Positions 24,807 through 39,299 of a stretch of DNA of 64,000 nt are shown in pieces; the stretch's first letter is position 1; the number at the start of each line of letters is the position of its first letter. Location: the NCBI GenBank assembly GCA_951406725.2, contig OX597840.1, forward strand, positions 13,578,001 to 13,642,000, given 5' to 3'. Made by a program: the position numbers and the translations under genes. A model generated the notes under the pieces. It saw only the letters and a list, made by a program, of their open reading frames with translations, searched no databases and was not told where the DNA came from. Origin of the DNA: Octopus vulgaris. Lineage: Eukaryota.

Positions 24807-25127
24807 CGGGACAAAAAGAAAGGTAGGGTCAGTGAAGTGCAGAGTAAGAAAAGCAGATATATATATATATATATAGCTAGATAGATAGACACAGACAGAT
24901 AGATTAGAGACAGGTATTCTCTGTATAGAATACACTTCGTAGTGCTCAAGAGATTTGAACTTGAGCAAGTAGTGGAGTAAATGTGAGGACAAGCAAGTTC
25001 GGCAAGTCGATATACACAGAATATTAGATTCATTTAATACAAAAATGTACATATGTATGCATATAAAAAGGACCAACTTGCACAAAATATAAATAATATC
25101 AGGAATTAAAGGGGTTGAGTTTTGCTA

Positions 25128-25219
25128 GTCCAACAGCTGTTTCTGAGGGCTTGGTGGTCCGGAATAATGAGAGTAACTTGGTTCCATTATGGGCTAACAT
25201 TACCTCCATCTTCAGGAGA
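25128..25219 (-). ncRNA. Hammerhead-like motif inside the 25097-25326 fold-back
   Basis: CTGAAGA-tggagg...ccctca-GAAAC-agct-GTT; weak stem I. Confidence 0.5.
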
Positions 25220-26483
25220 GAATTTTACATTTGAGGTGTTGACAGGGTGGAGTTTATTCCAGACCACAAAACCCCCAAAAACAGCTGTTGGGCTGGTAAA
25301 ACTCAACCTCTTTAATTCCTGATATCATATTCTGTGTAAGTCGGATCTTCTTGTATTTTCTTTTACCCAAAGCCAGAAACTTTTCGACACTAACTTGTAT
25401 ATCTGTGTATTTGTATTTGTGTTTGTCCCCCAGCACTGCTTGACCACCGATGTTGGTTTGTTTATGTCCCCGTAAGTGGTAAAAGAGATCAAGTGAATAA
25501 GTACAAGACTTTAAAAAATGTACTGGGATCGATTCATTCGACTAAAACTTCTTCACTCATTAGAATGCGGCCATGCTGGGGCCTGGTCGCAGTCTAATAT
25601 GACCGAAACAAGTAAAAGATAAAAGATATTTACACTGACAAATAAATTATTTATCGTTACACCCTTTCTTATTGTTTCAAACTTTGGACACAAGAGTTAA
25701 GTGGGGGTGGTTCAGTCAATTACATCGGCCCCAGCACTTCATTGACCCTAAAACAATAGAAGCAAAGTCGATCTCGGTAACATTTGAAATCAGAGTATAA
25801 AGAGAGCTGGAAGAAATGCCATTGAGAATTTTGTCCAATGCACTAACGATTCTACCAGTTTGCCGACTTGACATTTTTTATAAAAAAATTTTTTAAATCT
25901 TGCTAGGTAATGAATGTTAATGACCTACACATAACATTGTGTAACAAAATTTTATTTTGTTTTTATTTCATTCTATTTTTATTTTTGTCTTTGGTCAGTA
26001 TGTGTTACTTTCTATTTGCTTTTGTCTAGAAATCAAAGGATATGACTACTATTCCCTTCACTGGACATCAATCTTTTGAAACTGATCTTTTTTCCATTAC
26101 ATTTTACATAGATTCAATACTGAGTTGCTGAAGCAGAAATATCATTATAGCAAATATTCTGCTCAATACCAGAGATTTGTTACCTGTCAGTTGCTTGACC
26201 ATAACCACTTGAGTATGTCCCTTAGTGGCTGACAATATGAGCATCTCTGATCATGAGCAGCAGTAGTGGGGGAGCATCATAGCCACGTGAAGAGAGGGAT
26301 TCTTTGGGGTTTGAATAAATGTAACAAAAGCTAAATTTGAAGGGAATATTAGCCATTTTTCATACTTTCTAGAGGTAAGCAAATAGAAAATAACAGTTGC
26401 TGCCCAAGGACAAAAATTGTGTTATAGACCCCCACAACTTTATTATTCACATTGAAATCTATAAATTATTCTACTGTGGTTGA

Positions 26484-26782
26484 CTAGACGGTACCCTAGA
26501 CTGCTGGGTACAATAGGTCAGCATGCTATAAAGACCATAGAGTACAGTAAGGCAAATATTCATGCCCCAGACAACATATTTCAGTAGACTGCACGGTACA
26601 GTGGTCGGTAATCCAGCACGAAGTACAGCAGAGCTGTACAGATTCCATAGGGTACGGCAGATCAAAAACTATTGTAGACAGATGGTACCCTAGATAGGAT
26701 ATTATAGTAGACTGCCAGGTACAATAAGTCAGCATGCTATAAAGACCGTAGTGTATAGTAGGCCAAACATTCGTGCCCTAGA
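26484..26782. repeat. Imperfect direct duplication (about 75-bp unit, about 215-bp spacing)
   Basis: tagactgc..ggtacaata.gtcagcatgctataaagacc occurs at about 26497 and about 26708. Confidence 0.7.
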
Positions 26783-27432
26783 TGAATGAACATGACAAAT
26801 AACACACAAGACAGTAGATGGTATAATATAGAGGTTACAATATACAGCACTCAGATATATCGACCACAGGACAGTTGATGGGAGAGTCTACTAGAGCAAC
26901 TTTGATATGATTGGAATTAAAAGAGGAAATGATTTAAAGAGAAGCCTATCGATACAACAACAACAACAATAACTTTATTGCATCTAAAGTAAATAAATAT
27001 AATGATAATCCTTTCTTCTATAGGCACAAAGCCTGAAATTTTTAGGGAGGGAATTAGTCGATTACATCGACCCCAGTGTTTAACTGGTACTTGATTTATT
27101 GACCCCTGAAAAAAAAAAAAGGCAAAGTCAATCTCGGCCGTATTTGAACTCAGAACACAAAGACAGATGAAATACCGCTAAGCATTTCACCTGGCATGCC
27201 AAAGGTTCTGCCAGTGAAATACTGGGGTCAATCTAACCGACTGGATCCCTCCCCCAAAATTTCAGGCCTTGTGCCTAGAGTAGAAAAGAATAATCCTTTC
27301 TACTGGAAGCACAAGGTCTCAAATTTGTGGGGAGGGGACTAGTTGATTATATCGACCCCAGTGTTTCACTGGTACTTAAGTATTTTGCCCAGTGTGTTAA
27401 CAATTTTGCCAGTTTGCCACCTTAATAAATAA

Positions 27433-27970
27433 TATTGGGTTGTCCGGAAAGTTTGTGCCGATTTTTAAAGGAAAGAAAAAGGTCAATAAATACTTGCCAT
27501 TACATTTTTAATCAACCAAATATGAACCATTTTGTTGCACAACCCTCTTCCCAGAATTGAGGTGGTTTCATGGCAAAGAATTCATCAAGGTATCTTTTTA
27601 CGTCAACCAAGGAATTGAAATTTTTATCATTAAGACTATTCTGCAGAGACCTGAATAAGTGGAAATCTGAAGGAGCAATATCTGGTGAATATGGAGGGTG
27701 GAGTAACACATCCCAGCCGAGCTGCAGCAATTTTTGTCTGGTTCCCAAAGCATCAAGTGCCGAAAATGAACTTTCTTATCTTCCATTTTAAAGGGTTACA
27801 GAATTAACACAGTTTATAGGAACATAAACTTTCTTCCATGAAAAGATAGCTTAAACTGTGCTCTAAATGGAGGTGTAGCCAAATCCTATTTTATGGACTC
27901 AATCATGTTCTAAAATAATTCGAAAGGTAAGCTACTATAAATTGGCAAGAACTTTCCGGACAACCCAATA
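27433..27970 (-). mobile_element. Internally deleted mariner with both TIRs
   Basis: TIR tattgggttgtccggaaagtt / aactttccggacaacccaata; LGWDVLLHPPYSPDIAPSDFHLFRSLQN. Solo TIR-end copy at about 14925-14995. Confidence 0.9.
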
Positions 27971-30240
27971 ATAATGATAAAAATATCGAGACTCACCTTA
28001 ATGTTGAAAGAGACGGTGTTTAACGTTACATTGTGTGGACCAAGTAAATATATTGATATAGCTGCAGGTAAGACATGGATATATTTGTCCAAAGCACAAG
28101 ATAAGAATTTATAAAAAAGTTGAATTTCAAAAATAAAATAAGACAATCTTTATTTATTGATTCCTTTGGGAATATTTGAAACTTAGATCACACATTTATA
28201 GAAAAAATAATATTCAATAAAGACGCCAACAAATAAAGATATATAAATGTCCATCCTAAATTGAAAGTATGCAGTGAAACTTGCACGTAAAAACAATGTT
28301 GTTGTTGTTGTTGTTGTCACTGATGACTCCAGCTCAGTTTTGATCGAAGGTTTTACAGCTGCGACCATTATGTATATTTTTTTTCACACACGCTGATATT
28401 GCTTTGTGGTTATGAAGCTCACTTTTGCAACCATGTGGTTTCGGGTCCAGCCCCACCCCATCCCAATGACCAGCACCTTGAGCAAGTTTCTTCTGCTATA
28501 ACCTCAAGGCCAACCAACGCCTTGTAATACGTGGAAGTCCATTGAAAATGAGTGTATGTGTGTGCATAAAGAGCTGGAAAAAAAGCTGCTAAGCATTTTG
28601 TCTGGTATGTTAATGAATCTTAGATATATCTACCTCTTTGATAACATTTATTTTGTCATTTAGGAAAATACAGTTTCTTTGTTGCATAACTACACTATTG
28701 CTTGTGTCACAGCTGTAAGCACTACTGTCATTGCTCCAAATGATGATTCCTGTCTGTTAATATAAACCTAGGACTAAGATGGGAAACTGGTGGAATCCTA
28801 CAATATGTGATGTCATGTTTATAATGTTTTACTCATTCTTCCTTGCAGCTGAGTAACTGTGCCATTCAGTCACTGATCATTACCATTGTATAGAAGCAAA
28901 GTTTTCCTTCTTGACTCATTCTTGTTGTAGCCATAGTTATAATTCATCATCATCATCATTTAGCATCCATTGTCCATACTGGCATGGGTTGGACAGTTTG
29001 ACCAGGGCTGGTAAGATGAAGGGCTGCACCAGCCTCCAGTATGAGTTGGCAAGGTTTCTACAGCTGGATGCCTTTCCTAACGCCAAGCACACTGAGAGTG
29101 TAATGGGTGCTTTTATGTGCCACCAGCATGGGTGCCAGTTGCGTGACACCAATATCTGCCATGACTACAATTTTCCTTGGCTTGATGGGTCTTCTATTCA
29201 AGCACAACATATTCTTTTCTTGCAGAGGGGACCAGTCGATTAGATTGACCCAGTATGCAACCGGTACTTAATTTATTGACCCTGAAAGGATGAACGCCAA
29301 AGTCAACTTTGGCAGAATTTGAACTCAGAATGTAAAGACATGAAATACTGCTAAGCATTTCACCCAGCATGCTAATATTTCTGCCAGCTTGCCGCCTTTA
29401 ATATTCTTTTCTACTCTAGGCACAAGGCTCAAAATTTTGAGGGAGGGGGCCAGTCGATTAGATCAACCCTAGTACACAACTGGTACTTAATTTATCGACT
29501 CCGAAAGGATGAAAGGCAAAGTCGATCTTGGTGGAATTTGAACTCAGAACGTAGAGACAGACAAAATGCATTTAGCTCGGTGTGCTAAGGTTTCTGCCAG
29601 TTTGCCATCTTTCAAGCACAGCATATTGCCAAAGGTCTCAATCATTTGTCATTGCCTCTGTGAGGCCCAACTTTCAAAAGGTGCTTTTTACATGTCACCA
29701 GTATGGGTATTAGCTATGCAACACCAGCATCAGCCATATTGCATCCGTGTGGCCCAATGCTTGGACGGTGATCTTTACATTCCATTGGCATGGATACCAG
29801 TTACGTGACACTGACAATGGCCACAACAGAGATGTGATTGGGCATTCCTTTCCCATCAATGGCAGAGTGACACAGCTGTTCTGTATGCACTTGTTCACTG
29901 TCTTGGCATTGCCAACAGGTGGAGTTATGTTAAACAGCTGTTGTTGTGTGCAAACATTTGACTATTATAAGCCAAGTCCATAGTAATGGTTGCCCAGCCA
30001 CCTTCTTTTAATCAGGCAGGTAAGGCTGTTTTTCTTTGTCCAGTGGCTATGGTAAAAGAGATTGTCCAAGTGGATGGAGGCAGAGACATTCCTCTTTGGT
30101 ACTGTCTTCACTGGGTTAACTTACTGAGGTTTAGGTTTATTTTTTCTATTAATTTCTTCAAGAAAAAATACATTAATTTGAAAAAGATGTAACTCAAAAT
30201 GACATAAGCTGAGATATGCCTGTATGTGTGTGTATGTATA

Positions 30241-30581
30241 TCTCTCTATATATAAACGGCAGTTTGTCTGTCAGGTTGTACCCTCACCCTGACCACGGCT
30301 TTCAACTGATTCTGATGAAACTTGACACACGCATAGCCCAATGTCATAATTCAAAACTAACGCAGCGAAAATTTTGAAAAGTTCCCCCAGTTCTGAAAAA
30401 AATCGATAAATTCGACATGGGGTCAAGAATCAGAAACACAAACCACAGACAGTCTAGGGGACGCAACTCGACCTTTTTAACTCTCAAAAAAATTTACCAT
30501 CATTTTTTGGCTATAACTCTCTAAAAATGCTTTATAGTTATTTCCCTTACAAACCCGAGCAACGCCGGGCGATACTGCTAG
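30241..30581 (+). mobile_element. Non-autonomous Helitron
   Basis: 5' TC after A; 3' hairpin cccgagcaacgccggg followed by CTAG|T. Confidence 0.78.
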
Positions 30582-30591
30582 TATATACATA

Positions 30592-30845
30592 AAAATACAG
30601 TGTACATTTAAACACATAAGAGATGGCCATAATAGGACATCTGACCCGCTAGAAGGAGTAGTTAAACTCCAAACCACTATTAGGGGTAATTTCGAAAGGG
30701 AATGAAAAATAAAAGCATTTACTCTCTATTTCCTGTACCATGGTTTCAAGCTATCTTCAGTGGTTTGAAGTTTAACTATTCCTTCTAGCAGGTCAGATGT
30801 CCTGTTATGACCATCTCTTATGTGTTTAAATGTACACTGTATTTA
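30592..30845. repeat. Fold-back, about 85-bp arms, truncated hammerhead-like core in the loop
   Basis: Arms 30592-30677 / 30759-30845; minus strand reads CTGAAGAtagcttGAAAC-catg-GTA at 30760-30736. Confidence 0.75.
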
Positions 30846-31058
30846 TATGAATAATATATAGTCTATTGACTAGTTTTTTTCTTCTCGCTAGACCACTGGT
30901 AGCAAAGAAATTTTCTTAATTTTTTTTGCTACCCAGGAATTTATTAATATATATACATACTTACATACATATATATATATTCAAAATGTGACCACGTGTG
31001 TACTGTTGGCGATTTTTTTTCCTCTGTTTTCCCTTCTCTGGATCTTTCCTTTTCCTAT

Positions 31059-31093
31059 GTTTCTGACGAAGAGCTCTGCTCGAAACGTTAAAC
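31059..31093 (+). ncRNA. Minimal hammerhead motif (Penelope type)
   Basis: gttt-CTGACGA-a-gagc-tct-gctc-GAAACGTTA-aac. A related copy with a mutated core (CCGATGA) lies on the minus strand at 19451-19485. Confidence 0.6.
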
Positions 31094-34000
31094 CCTCCTT
31101 CTTCCCTTCCTTCCTGAGCATCCAATAATACTATATTTGTTCCACGTCCTCGCGTTGTTGTGTTTTGTCTTGGTGTTTTCATGTTTGGATTAACTTTATA
31201 TATATATACAAAAGATATTCCAAGCTATGGTCTCTTTCCTTGCTAAGATAATAATTGTGTTCTTTTTTTACGGCAAAGATAAAACACTTCCTCTTAATTG
31301 TAGTTCAAAGTTGCATCTCAATGTCTTTCAGACCAAATAAAGTTCTTCTGATGCTACTTCAAGCACAGCTACGTTGATGCATTTAGTGTTGCTGTCCCCT
31401 CTTGCCAAGCTGCATCTTCTGTCTTCCTTTATCCAAATCTGCACATCGCATTGCACCACACAAACCCCTTTTTCACTTTTGAAACATACTACCTTCCCTG
31501 CCTATGCTAATCCCCATTTCACTATTTCTACATCTTTTATAATACCGAGTATTCTTTCATATAAATTGTTGTCCCAACCCATTCTACTTAACCCTTTCAT
31601 TACTATATTTCTAAGTAAGACACAACCTTTATTAGTTTCAACTAAATTCTAAAATCATGAATTTAGACTGGTTTCATTAAACAACTGTAACTATTTTAGT
31701 TATTGACATATTAATGTGATTTTTGGAATACAATTGATGAAAAGGCTCTTAATCCATTTTATTACTCTTTTACTTGTTTCAGTCATGTGACTGTGGCCAT
31801 GCTGGAGCATGGCCACCGCATTTAGTCAAGCAAATCAACCTCAGGACTTATTCTTTGTAAGCCTAGTACTAATTCTATCGGTCTCTTTTGCTGAACTGCT
31901 AGGTTACAGGACGTAAACACACCAGCATCGGTTATCAAGCAATGTTGGGGTGGGGGGACAAACACATACATACATATATATACGACGGGCTTCTTTCAGT
32001 TTCCGTCTACCAAATCCATTCACAAGGCTTTGGTCGGCCCAGCATAAGACACTTGTGCAAGGTGCCACGCAGTGGGACTGAACCCGGAACCATGTTGTTG
32101 GTAAGCAAGCTACTTACCACACAGCCACTCTTATGCCTATATTGCATAACTTTTGTCTCAAAGTGACTCTAATTACAGGTAAATACATGTAAACCAAAAG
32201 TTATGTTTTTTCTTGGTTTGCTTACTTTCAGCATAATGGTTTGTTTCTGTAGTGATTGCTTCAAACAAGTTTACATTTGTTTGATTTCTTCAAAGCTTCT
32301 GTTGAAAAGCCTTCCAATTCAGAATCACTGCTTGATAGCATGAAACTTATCCATTTCAAAAGTTGAACAAAAAATCAATGAAGAATAAAATCTCCCAAAA
32401 TTCGCCCAGCTCAGCAATCCCATCAAACAATGTCAGATATTGCAACTCGACTATTTACAAAGTGAAATCAAGTGTTTCCACGAATGTACTAACAAGAATT
32501 GTGCTGAAATTCACATTAAAATATCAATGGGTTCACTCAGCCAGATTAGTTGTTTGATCCAAAAAGTTTTTGGGCTGGCTGCAGCCAGGTTGGTAACGAA
32601 AGGGTTAATCACTTTTTGATACAAAGCCAGCTGGTGATAGGTTCATGTCCAACTAATTTCAACACAGAAAGCAACTCTCATTCATTTCATTTCTCACTCA
32701 CCTGCAAGATCTTGTTCTCCCTCCAGGTAATCAATTCTCTCATTTTGTTCTTTCTTATCTAAATCCCAGCACCACAGCTTCCAGTGATTTCAAAGGTTTT
32801 GTGATCAATCAATTCTTAAGGTGACCTCTCACCTCTACTGCCGTTATCGTTTCATGTCAAATCAACACAAAACTCATAGCTTGTTTTTTACCCTATTCAT
32901 CTTTCCCAAAATTGTCTTTTAAGATTGCTTCCATTATTTTTAGCATAGAGCTTAACCCAAACCACACATTAGTCAAACATTAGTTTGACATTGTAGTTTA
33001 CCAACTGGTACTTCCCTCAACTTTTTCGTTGCATGTAATGTTGTGGCTCATGGAGGAAACGACAGTAGACTGAGATGTTTGGTGATATGAGGTCCCAGGG
33101 AAGACCCGTCCACGAAACTGAGTGCTAGAACAGTTGTGTCCCACCCACATGTAACAACACACTTTTCACCCACTCTACCCTAAGAAATCTCCTCTTCTAA
33201 TTGCATCTTTCTCTTCCTCACATTTCCTCCTCATACATTATGTTTTCCGATCCCCTTTCTTGCCCTCACTGTATCACTACTGCTCCCCACACACTCCCTA
33301 TTTTTCTAACCAGGTTCTATGCTCATATTCTTGTTACTTGCAAGTATACCCTAGCACTACACCATCTCCCTTCTGCTCTCTCTCCCTTTCCCTTTGGTCA
33401 CTCTCCCCATTTTCCCTCTAAGTAACCAGGTATCCCCTTTACATCTGCATACTTGTTTTTGTACCTCCTCTATTACAAGTCCCTATTTCTGTTACACTCT
33501 AACCTTTCCTCATTTGATACTGGATCACCTCCTCTAATGACCCCTCTGTTGTGGCAAGACAACTACTTCTTATTTCTTTACTGCCCACAAGGGGCTACAC
33601 ACAGAGGGGACAAACAAGGACAGACAAATGGATTAAGTCGATTACATCGACCCCAGTGTGTAACTGGTACTTAATTTATCAACCCCAAAAGGATGAAAGA
33701 CAAAGTCGACCTTGGTGGAATTTGAACTCAGAACGTGACTGTAGATGAAATACTGCTAAGCATTTCGCCCGGCATGCTAACATTTCTTATTTCTTTACTG
33801 CCCACAAGGGGCTATACACAGAGAGGACAGACAAACGGATTAAGTCAATTATATTGACCCCAGTGCATAACTGGTACTTATTCAATTGATCCCAAATGGA
33901 TGAAAGGCAAAGTCGGCCTCGGCGGAATTTGAACTCAGAACGTAACTGTTGACAGCTCGCCGCCTCACAACTACTTCTGTCTCTTTGTCACATTTTTGTC

Positions 34001-34713
34001 TTCTGACACAAATGCCCTGCCCCCTCTCATAATTCTGTCTTGTGAGTTACTTGGTTACCCTGCCAGTGTCATGTTAAAAGCATCCAGTCCACACCGGTTG
34101 GCATCTGGAAGGGCATCCAGCTGTAAAAATCTTGCCAAAACTAACTTCAACTGTTCTAGTTCCATGTAAAAAGCACCGAGTCCACTCTGCGGAGAGGTTG
34201 GTGTTAGGAAGGGCATCCAGCCATAAGATCCCTGCCAAAACAAACACAGAAGCCTTGGGTAGATTTCCTACCTGCCCAGCCCCTGTCAACTGTCCTACCC
34301 ATGTATGCATGGAAGATGAACATTAATCGATGTGTTTGTTATCTGCTCTGATGTTTCTATGGTCTTCCTGCTCATGTCTGCTACATCACTGCCAGTTAGA
34401 TGTTACATGACAATTCAACTCACCAAAATCCCGACACTAGTCTAGCCACGTTATTTGCTGGCTAAGCTGGCATCATCTATGGCAGCACTCCAGTTTTCAC
34501 TATTTTCCCCTGTGGTACAAGAATGTCCTCTCTCCATCTCAGCTACACTCCTACCCTATTTAATGTACTTCTGAAACAACTCATTTCCATTTTTCAATAC
34601 TGAGGGAACTCTCTTCTCCCATAGGTATTCTTCAAGGAATCTTTCACCATCAAATTGCTGTATATTTCTTGTCCTTAACCATTAAAATCTCTCCCCCATT
34701 CCTTTTCAATCAT

Positions 34714-35180
34714 TCTTATTTCTTTATTACCCACAAGGGGCAAATAAGGACAGACAAACGGATTAAGTCAATTACATCGACCTCAGTGCATAACTGGTAC
34801 TTAATTTACCAACCCCAAAAGGATGAAAGGCAAAGTCGACCTTGGCAGAATTTGAACTCAGAACGTAACGACAGACGAAATACCTATTTCTTTATTACCC
34901 ACAAGGGGCTAAACATAGATGGGACAAACAAGGACAGACATAGGTATTAAGTCAATTCCATCGACCCCAGTGCGTAACTGGTACTTAATTTATCGACCCC
35001 GAAAGGATGAAAGGCAAAGTCGACCTCGGCGGAATTTGAACTCACAGCGTAGCGACAGATGAAATACAGCTACGCATTTCGCCCGGCGTGCAAACGATTC
35101 TGCCAGCTCGCCGCCTTTGCATAACGACAGACAAAATACAGCTACGCATTTCGCCCGGTGTGCTAACATCTCTACCAGCA
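34714..35180 (-). mobile_element. Tandem family B SINE array
   Basis: Head-to-tail partial units; the same arrangement occurs at 33565-33965 and 46818-47210. Confidence 0.85.
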
Positions 35181-35343
35181 CAGTAGAGAACCATTCTAAA
35201 ACTTTTCCCATAGTTGATCATGATGCACCCCCTCCTGCATACCAGTAATATCCATTCCGATCACCATGTCAACACTTTGAAAATATGAGCCATCACAATC
35301 GCTTCTTTTTCCACATGTACCCCATATACTGTTAGCTCTACAT

Positions 35344-35941
35344 CAGTGGTTCCCAAAGTGGGCAGTGGAAAGTTCCAAGGGGCTGATATTGGGGTAGCAG
35401 TTCATTTAAAAACAACAAATAGGTTCATTAGGTTAAGTTTTATTTGTTAGTTAAGTTAATTTTTTGGCTCAAAAAGCAAAAAGCAAGGCCATGTAGGGGG
35501 ATATGGAGTTATGTACAGGGTGGTGTTCATGTCATTTCAGGTCAAGAGAGATTTTGAACCGAGCGGTCGCTGGCATCTTCACTATCTCGTCCGGCAGCTT
35601 ATTCCACGGATCCGCAACCCGGACGGAGAAAGCCCCTCTTCTTCCATTGAGATGAAATCGTCGCAGATAGAGCTTTTCGGAGTGACCCCACAGCCCACGC
35701 TCTGGAGCAGGAGTGAAGAACAGCTCTTTCGAGAGGTTACACTTTCCACTTATGATGTTGTGAGCAAGAATGAGATCACCACGGCATTGTCGTTTTTCGA
35801 GAGAATAAAGGTGAAATACAGTTGGTTTGGATCTGCTTCAGAAAGGGGTCTATGTCTGTGGTGGTTAGTCGGGGCGGGGGTGCTAGGAATGTGGCCTGGG
35901 TCTCAAGGGGGCAGCAGCCTGAAAAAGTTAGGGAACTACTG
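35344..35941. mobile_element. hAT-type MITE with a nested CR1 3' fragment (about 35480-35820, minus)
   Basis: TIR cagtggttccc / gggaactactg; 8-bp TSD ctctacat. Insert reads LRGHSEKLYLRRFHL...FSVRVADPWNKLPDEIV. Confidence 0.8.
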
Positions 35942-36064
35942 CTCTACATTATTCCTATTCCTGCACATGATTTCCCTTCTGTCTACCACTCTTATATCAC
36001 TCTTCCAACTCAACCCATCAACCAATCCCGGTGTAAGTATAGTATAGAAGAGGGTTCAAATCCT

Positions 36065-37092
36065 CGAAAAGACTTCCTTTTGTACCCCCACCCCCAGCCA
36101 TAAAATTTTTTTTAATAAATATTACAAATGGTGGAAAATTGATTTCCCACGATGTCTTATAATAACAATGATGAGAAAGTCATAAAAATTAAGAATTTCT
36201 ATTAAAAATGCTTCATTTACTCATTTTACTTGTTTCAGTCATTTAACCGTGGCCATGCTGGAACACTGCCTTTAGTCGACCCCAGAACTTATTCTTTGTA
36301 AGCCTAGTACTTATTCTATGGGTCTTTTGCCGAACCGCTAAGTTACGGGGACATAAACTGGGGGGACAAACACAGACACACAAACATATATACGACGGGC
36401 TTCTTCCAGTTTCCGTCTACCAAATCTACTCACAAAGCTTTGGCCAGCCCGAGGCTATAGTAGAAGACACTTGCCAAAGGTGCCACACAGTGGGACTGAA
36501 CCCGGAACCATGTGGTTGGGAAGCAAGCTACTTACCACACAGTCACTCCTATGCCTATTATGTATATTCCTGTCCCAGTTTGCTAAAGTTAAGGCCTAAA
36601 TTGCCTAACTCTATGAAATTTGCTTAACTTTGGGACGTGAATATACAGAATACAGAAATTCTGAATTTTTATGACTTTCTCATTATTATTATTATAAGAC
36701 ATTCTTTCATTTGTTTGTTACTTGACTGAAGCCATGCTGGAGCAATGCCTTTAGTTGAACAAATCGAACCCTATCAGTCTCTTTTGCCAAACTGCTAAGT
36801 TACAAAGATGTAAACACACCAACATCAGTTGTCAAGCAATGGTGGGAGGACAAACACACACACACACATATATATACGACGGGCTTCTTTCAGTTTCCGT
36901 CTACCAAATCCACTCACAAGGCTTTGGTCGGCCCAAGGCTATTGTAGAACACACTTGCCCAGTGGGACTGAACCCGGAACCATGTGGTTGGTAAGCAAGC
37001 TACTTACCACACAGTCACTCCTGCGCCCATGTGTAATATTTGAAAAAAAGTTTTATGGGAGTGGGGGGCTACAAAAGGAAGTCTTTCCAAAT
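36065..37092. mobile_element. Fold-back element interrupted by two SINEs
   Basis: 36070-36117 is inverted at 37042-37088; 36152-36200 is inverted at 36654-36702; central hairpin at 36564-36645. Confidence 0.65.
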
Positions 37093-38465
37093 CCTCCCCC
37101 ATTTACCATCACCCTCAGTGTTGGAGTTTCTTTTCTGAGTACATGTAGCTCCTGGCACAGTAACTCCCCCTTTCCTGTTTCCCTGGTTGCTGTATTTTGA
37201 TGGTGACCCATCAGACTGCACTTCTAGCAGATAATTTCAGGCCTCAGCACCCAGCAGCCTTTAACCATGTGCAACACCTGCCTACTGCACTTTCCCTTGC
37301 TTCTACATCACTTGTGTTTTGTTACCTTTCATCATTCCTACCTACAATGCGGTCTTGTAATTATGGTCAGTGCTAATAATTATCGTATTTTAATGTATAA
37401 GGAACCCTTTTTTGTCAAAAATTAGGTAAAAAAAATATGGGAGTTTCTTATACATGGGCAGTATTATAATCCCTGGTGAAAGTAAAGAATATGTGGTTAA
37501 TATAAAGATCTTCACCCTTTAACAAAAACTGCTAGGTGTTAACTGTATAGAAAACAAATATGACCAAAAAATGTGCACAAACGAACAGGGGAGGCAACTT
37601 TCGGAAAATTCACAAGTTCCGATTTTTCTGTCATAACTTTTGGGAAAATGTATTTTTTTTATTTTATTTTTATTTTATCTAGTTTCAGCTCACGAGCTGT
37701 GGCTATGGTGGGGCACCGCCATATTGATTTTTTTTTTTTATGGGATCCCATGTTTTTGGTTATGGAGGATCCGATTCTGAAAAAATTTTTCAAACATTGC
37801 ATTTTCAAAATTTCAATTTTAAGCCCCCAAAGTTAGTGGGGGTTCGTTCCTTAAACACATTGAAAAACGGTAGATCACCAACAGCCAGTGTTTATGTCAA
37901 GCAACAACCAAAGAGTTATTAAGGTCCAAGAAACCAATTACAAATACATGCTTCACATGTCCCGCTATTAAATTTTGGTAAATTATCTTTGTTTCAACTA
38001 ATCATCTCAACAGTATTTATGTGCTTTTGAATGAAAATAATTTCCTACAAATTTTCATTTCACATCTGTTTTTACCAGGTCTCTATTATTTAAAACAAAA
38101 AAACTTTAATGGACAAATAAGTGAATAGATCTTCCAACAGTATATTTGTAGATTACAAAGTCAAAGAACAATATTCAACATATTTCATAGTGCAATTCTA
38201 GTGTGAAACTATAAATTTACCAAAAATTATTCGCAGAATCTCTGTACTTGAGTTAGTAGGTTTCTGTAGAAAAAAAACCGAAAGCGGGTACGGTCCCTGT
38301 CCTTTATCTCCGTCAAATTATTTATTACCGAAATCAAGTCTGGTGTGAAACTATAAATTTACCATTGTCTTTTCACCAGTCTGGATTACGAGTCAAAACT
38401 CATTTCACAGTGAATGATTACCTATAAATTTTACTTTAATAGTCTTTTTTTTTTTTGTCCAGAGT

Positions 38466-38862
38466 AGGCGCAGGAGTGGCTGTGTGGTAAGTAGCTTGCT
38501 TATGAACCACATGGTTCCGGATTCAGTCCCACTGTGTGACATCTTGGGCAAGTGTCTTCTGCTATAGCCCCGGGCCGACCAAAACCTTGTGAGTGGATTT
38601 GGTAGACGGAAACTGAAAGCCTGTCGTATATATGTATATATATATATATGTATGTATGTGTGTGTGTCTGTGTTTGTCCCCCTAGCATTGCTTGACAACC
38701 AATGCTGGTGTGTTTACGTCCCCGTCACTTAGCGGTTCGGCAAAAAGAGACCGATAGAATAAGTACTGGGCTTACAAAGAATAAATCCCGGGGTCGATTT
38801 GCTTGATAAAGGCGGTGCTCCAGCATGGCCGCAGTCAAATGACTGAAACAAGTAAAAGAGAG
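38466..38862 (+). mobile_element. SINE family A
   Basis: Near-identical to 8531-8930. Confidence 0.9.
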
Positions 38863-39299
38863 AGCATTATTCACAATAGATTAAAAGCTGAAAATTCAAA
38901 GAGCATGATTTTCTACAATGACAATAATTCTCTGATATTTGTTTGGGCAGAGGTAAAGATCATGGACCCTTTGGGATTTTTTTGTTGCCTTTTTACTGGA
39001 ATACACTATACCGAGGGCAGAAATTCCGAATCTGCATTTCAAAATTTTAATCCCCCACTACCCGATTTCTTAAATTTTCACTTTAAAAAAGTCTTTCTTT
39101 GGCGAATTATGTAGAAAAATATGGAGATTATGATTCTGAAAAAAAAAATTTGGAAAGAATTCGGCCCCCATCCCACCAAAAAAAGAAAAGGGCGGCATTT
39201 GGGGTGGGGGGCAGAAGTCTTGCCAAAAATTCTGTAAAATTTCAAATAAATACCCCTCCCTCCACCCTATGACAGGAAATGAAATTTACCCCACTCCCT

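Noticed and set aside
33565-35180. Regularly repeated units resembling a CRISPR array
   Set aside because: Tandem partial SINE copies with no unique spacers and no cas genes, in a eukaryotic context.
35511-36047. 178-aa plus-strand ORF
   Set aside because: Antisense of a CR1 fragment plus MITE sequence.
38197-38365. 26-bp direct repeat tct.gtgtgaaactataaatttacca
   Set aside because: Only two copies and no supporting context for a function.
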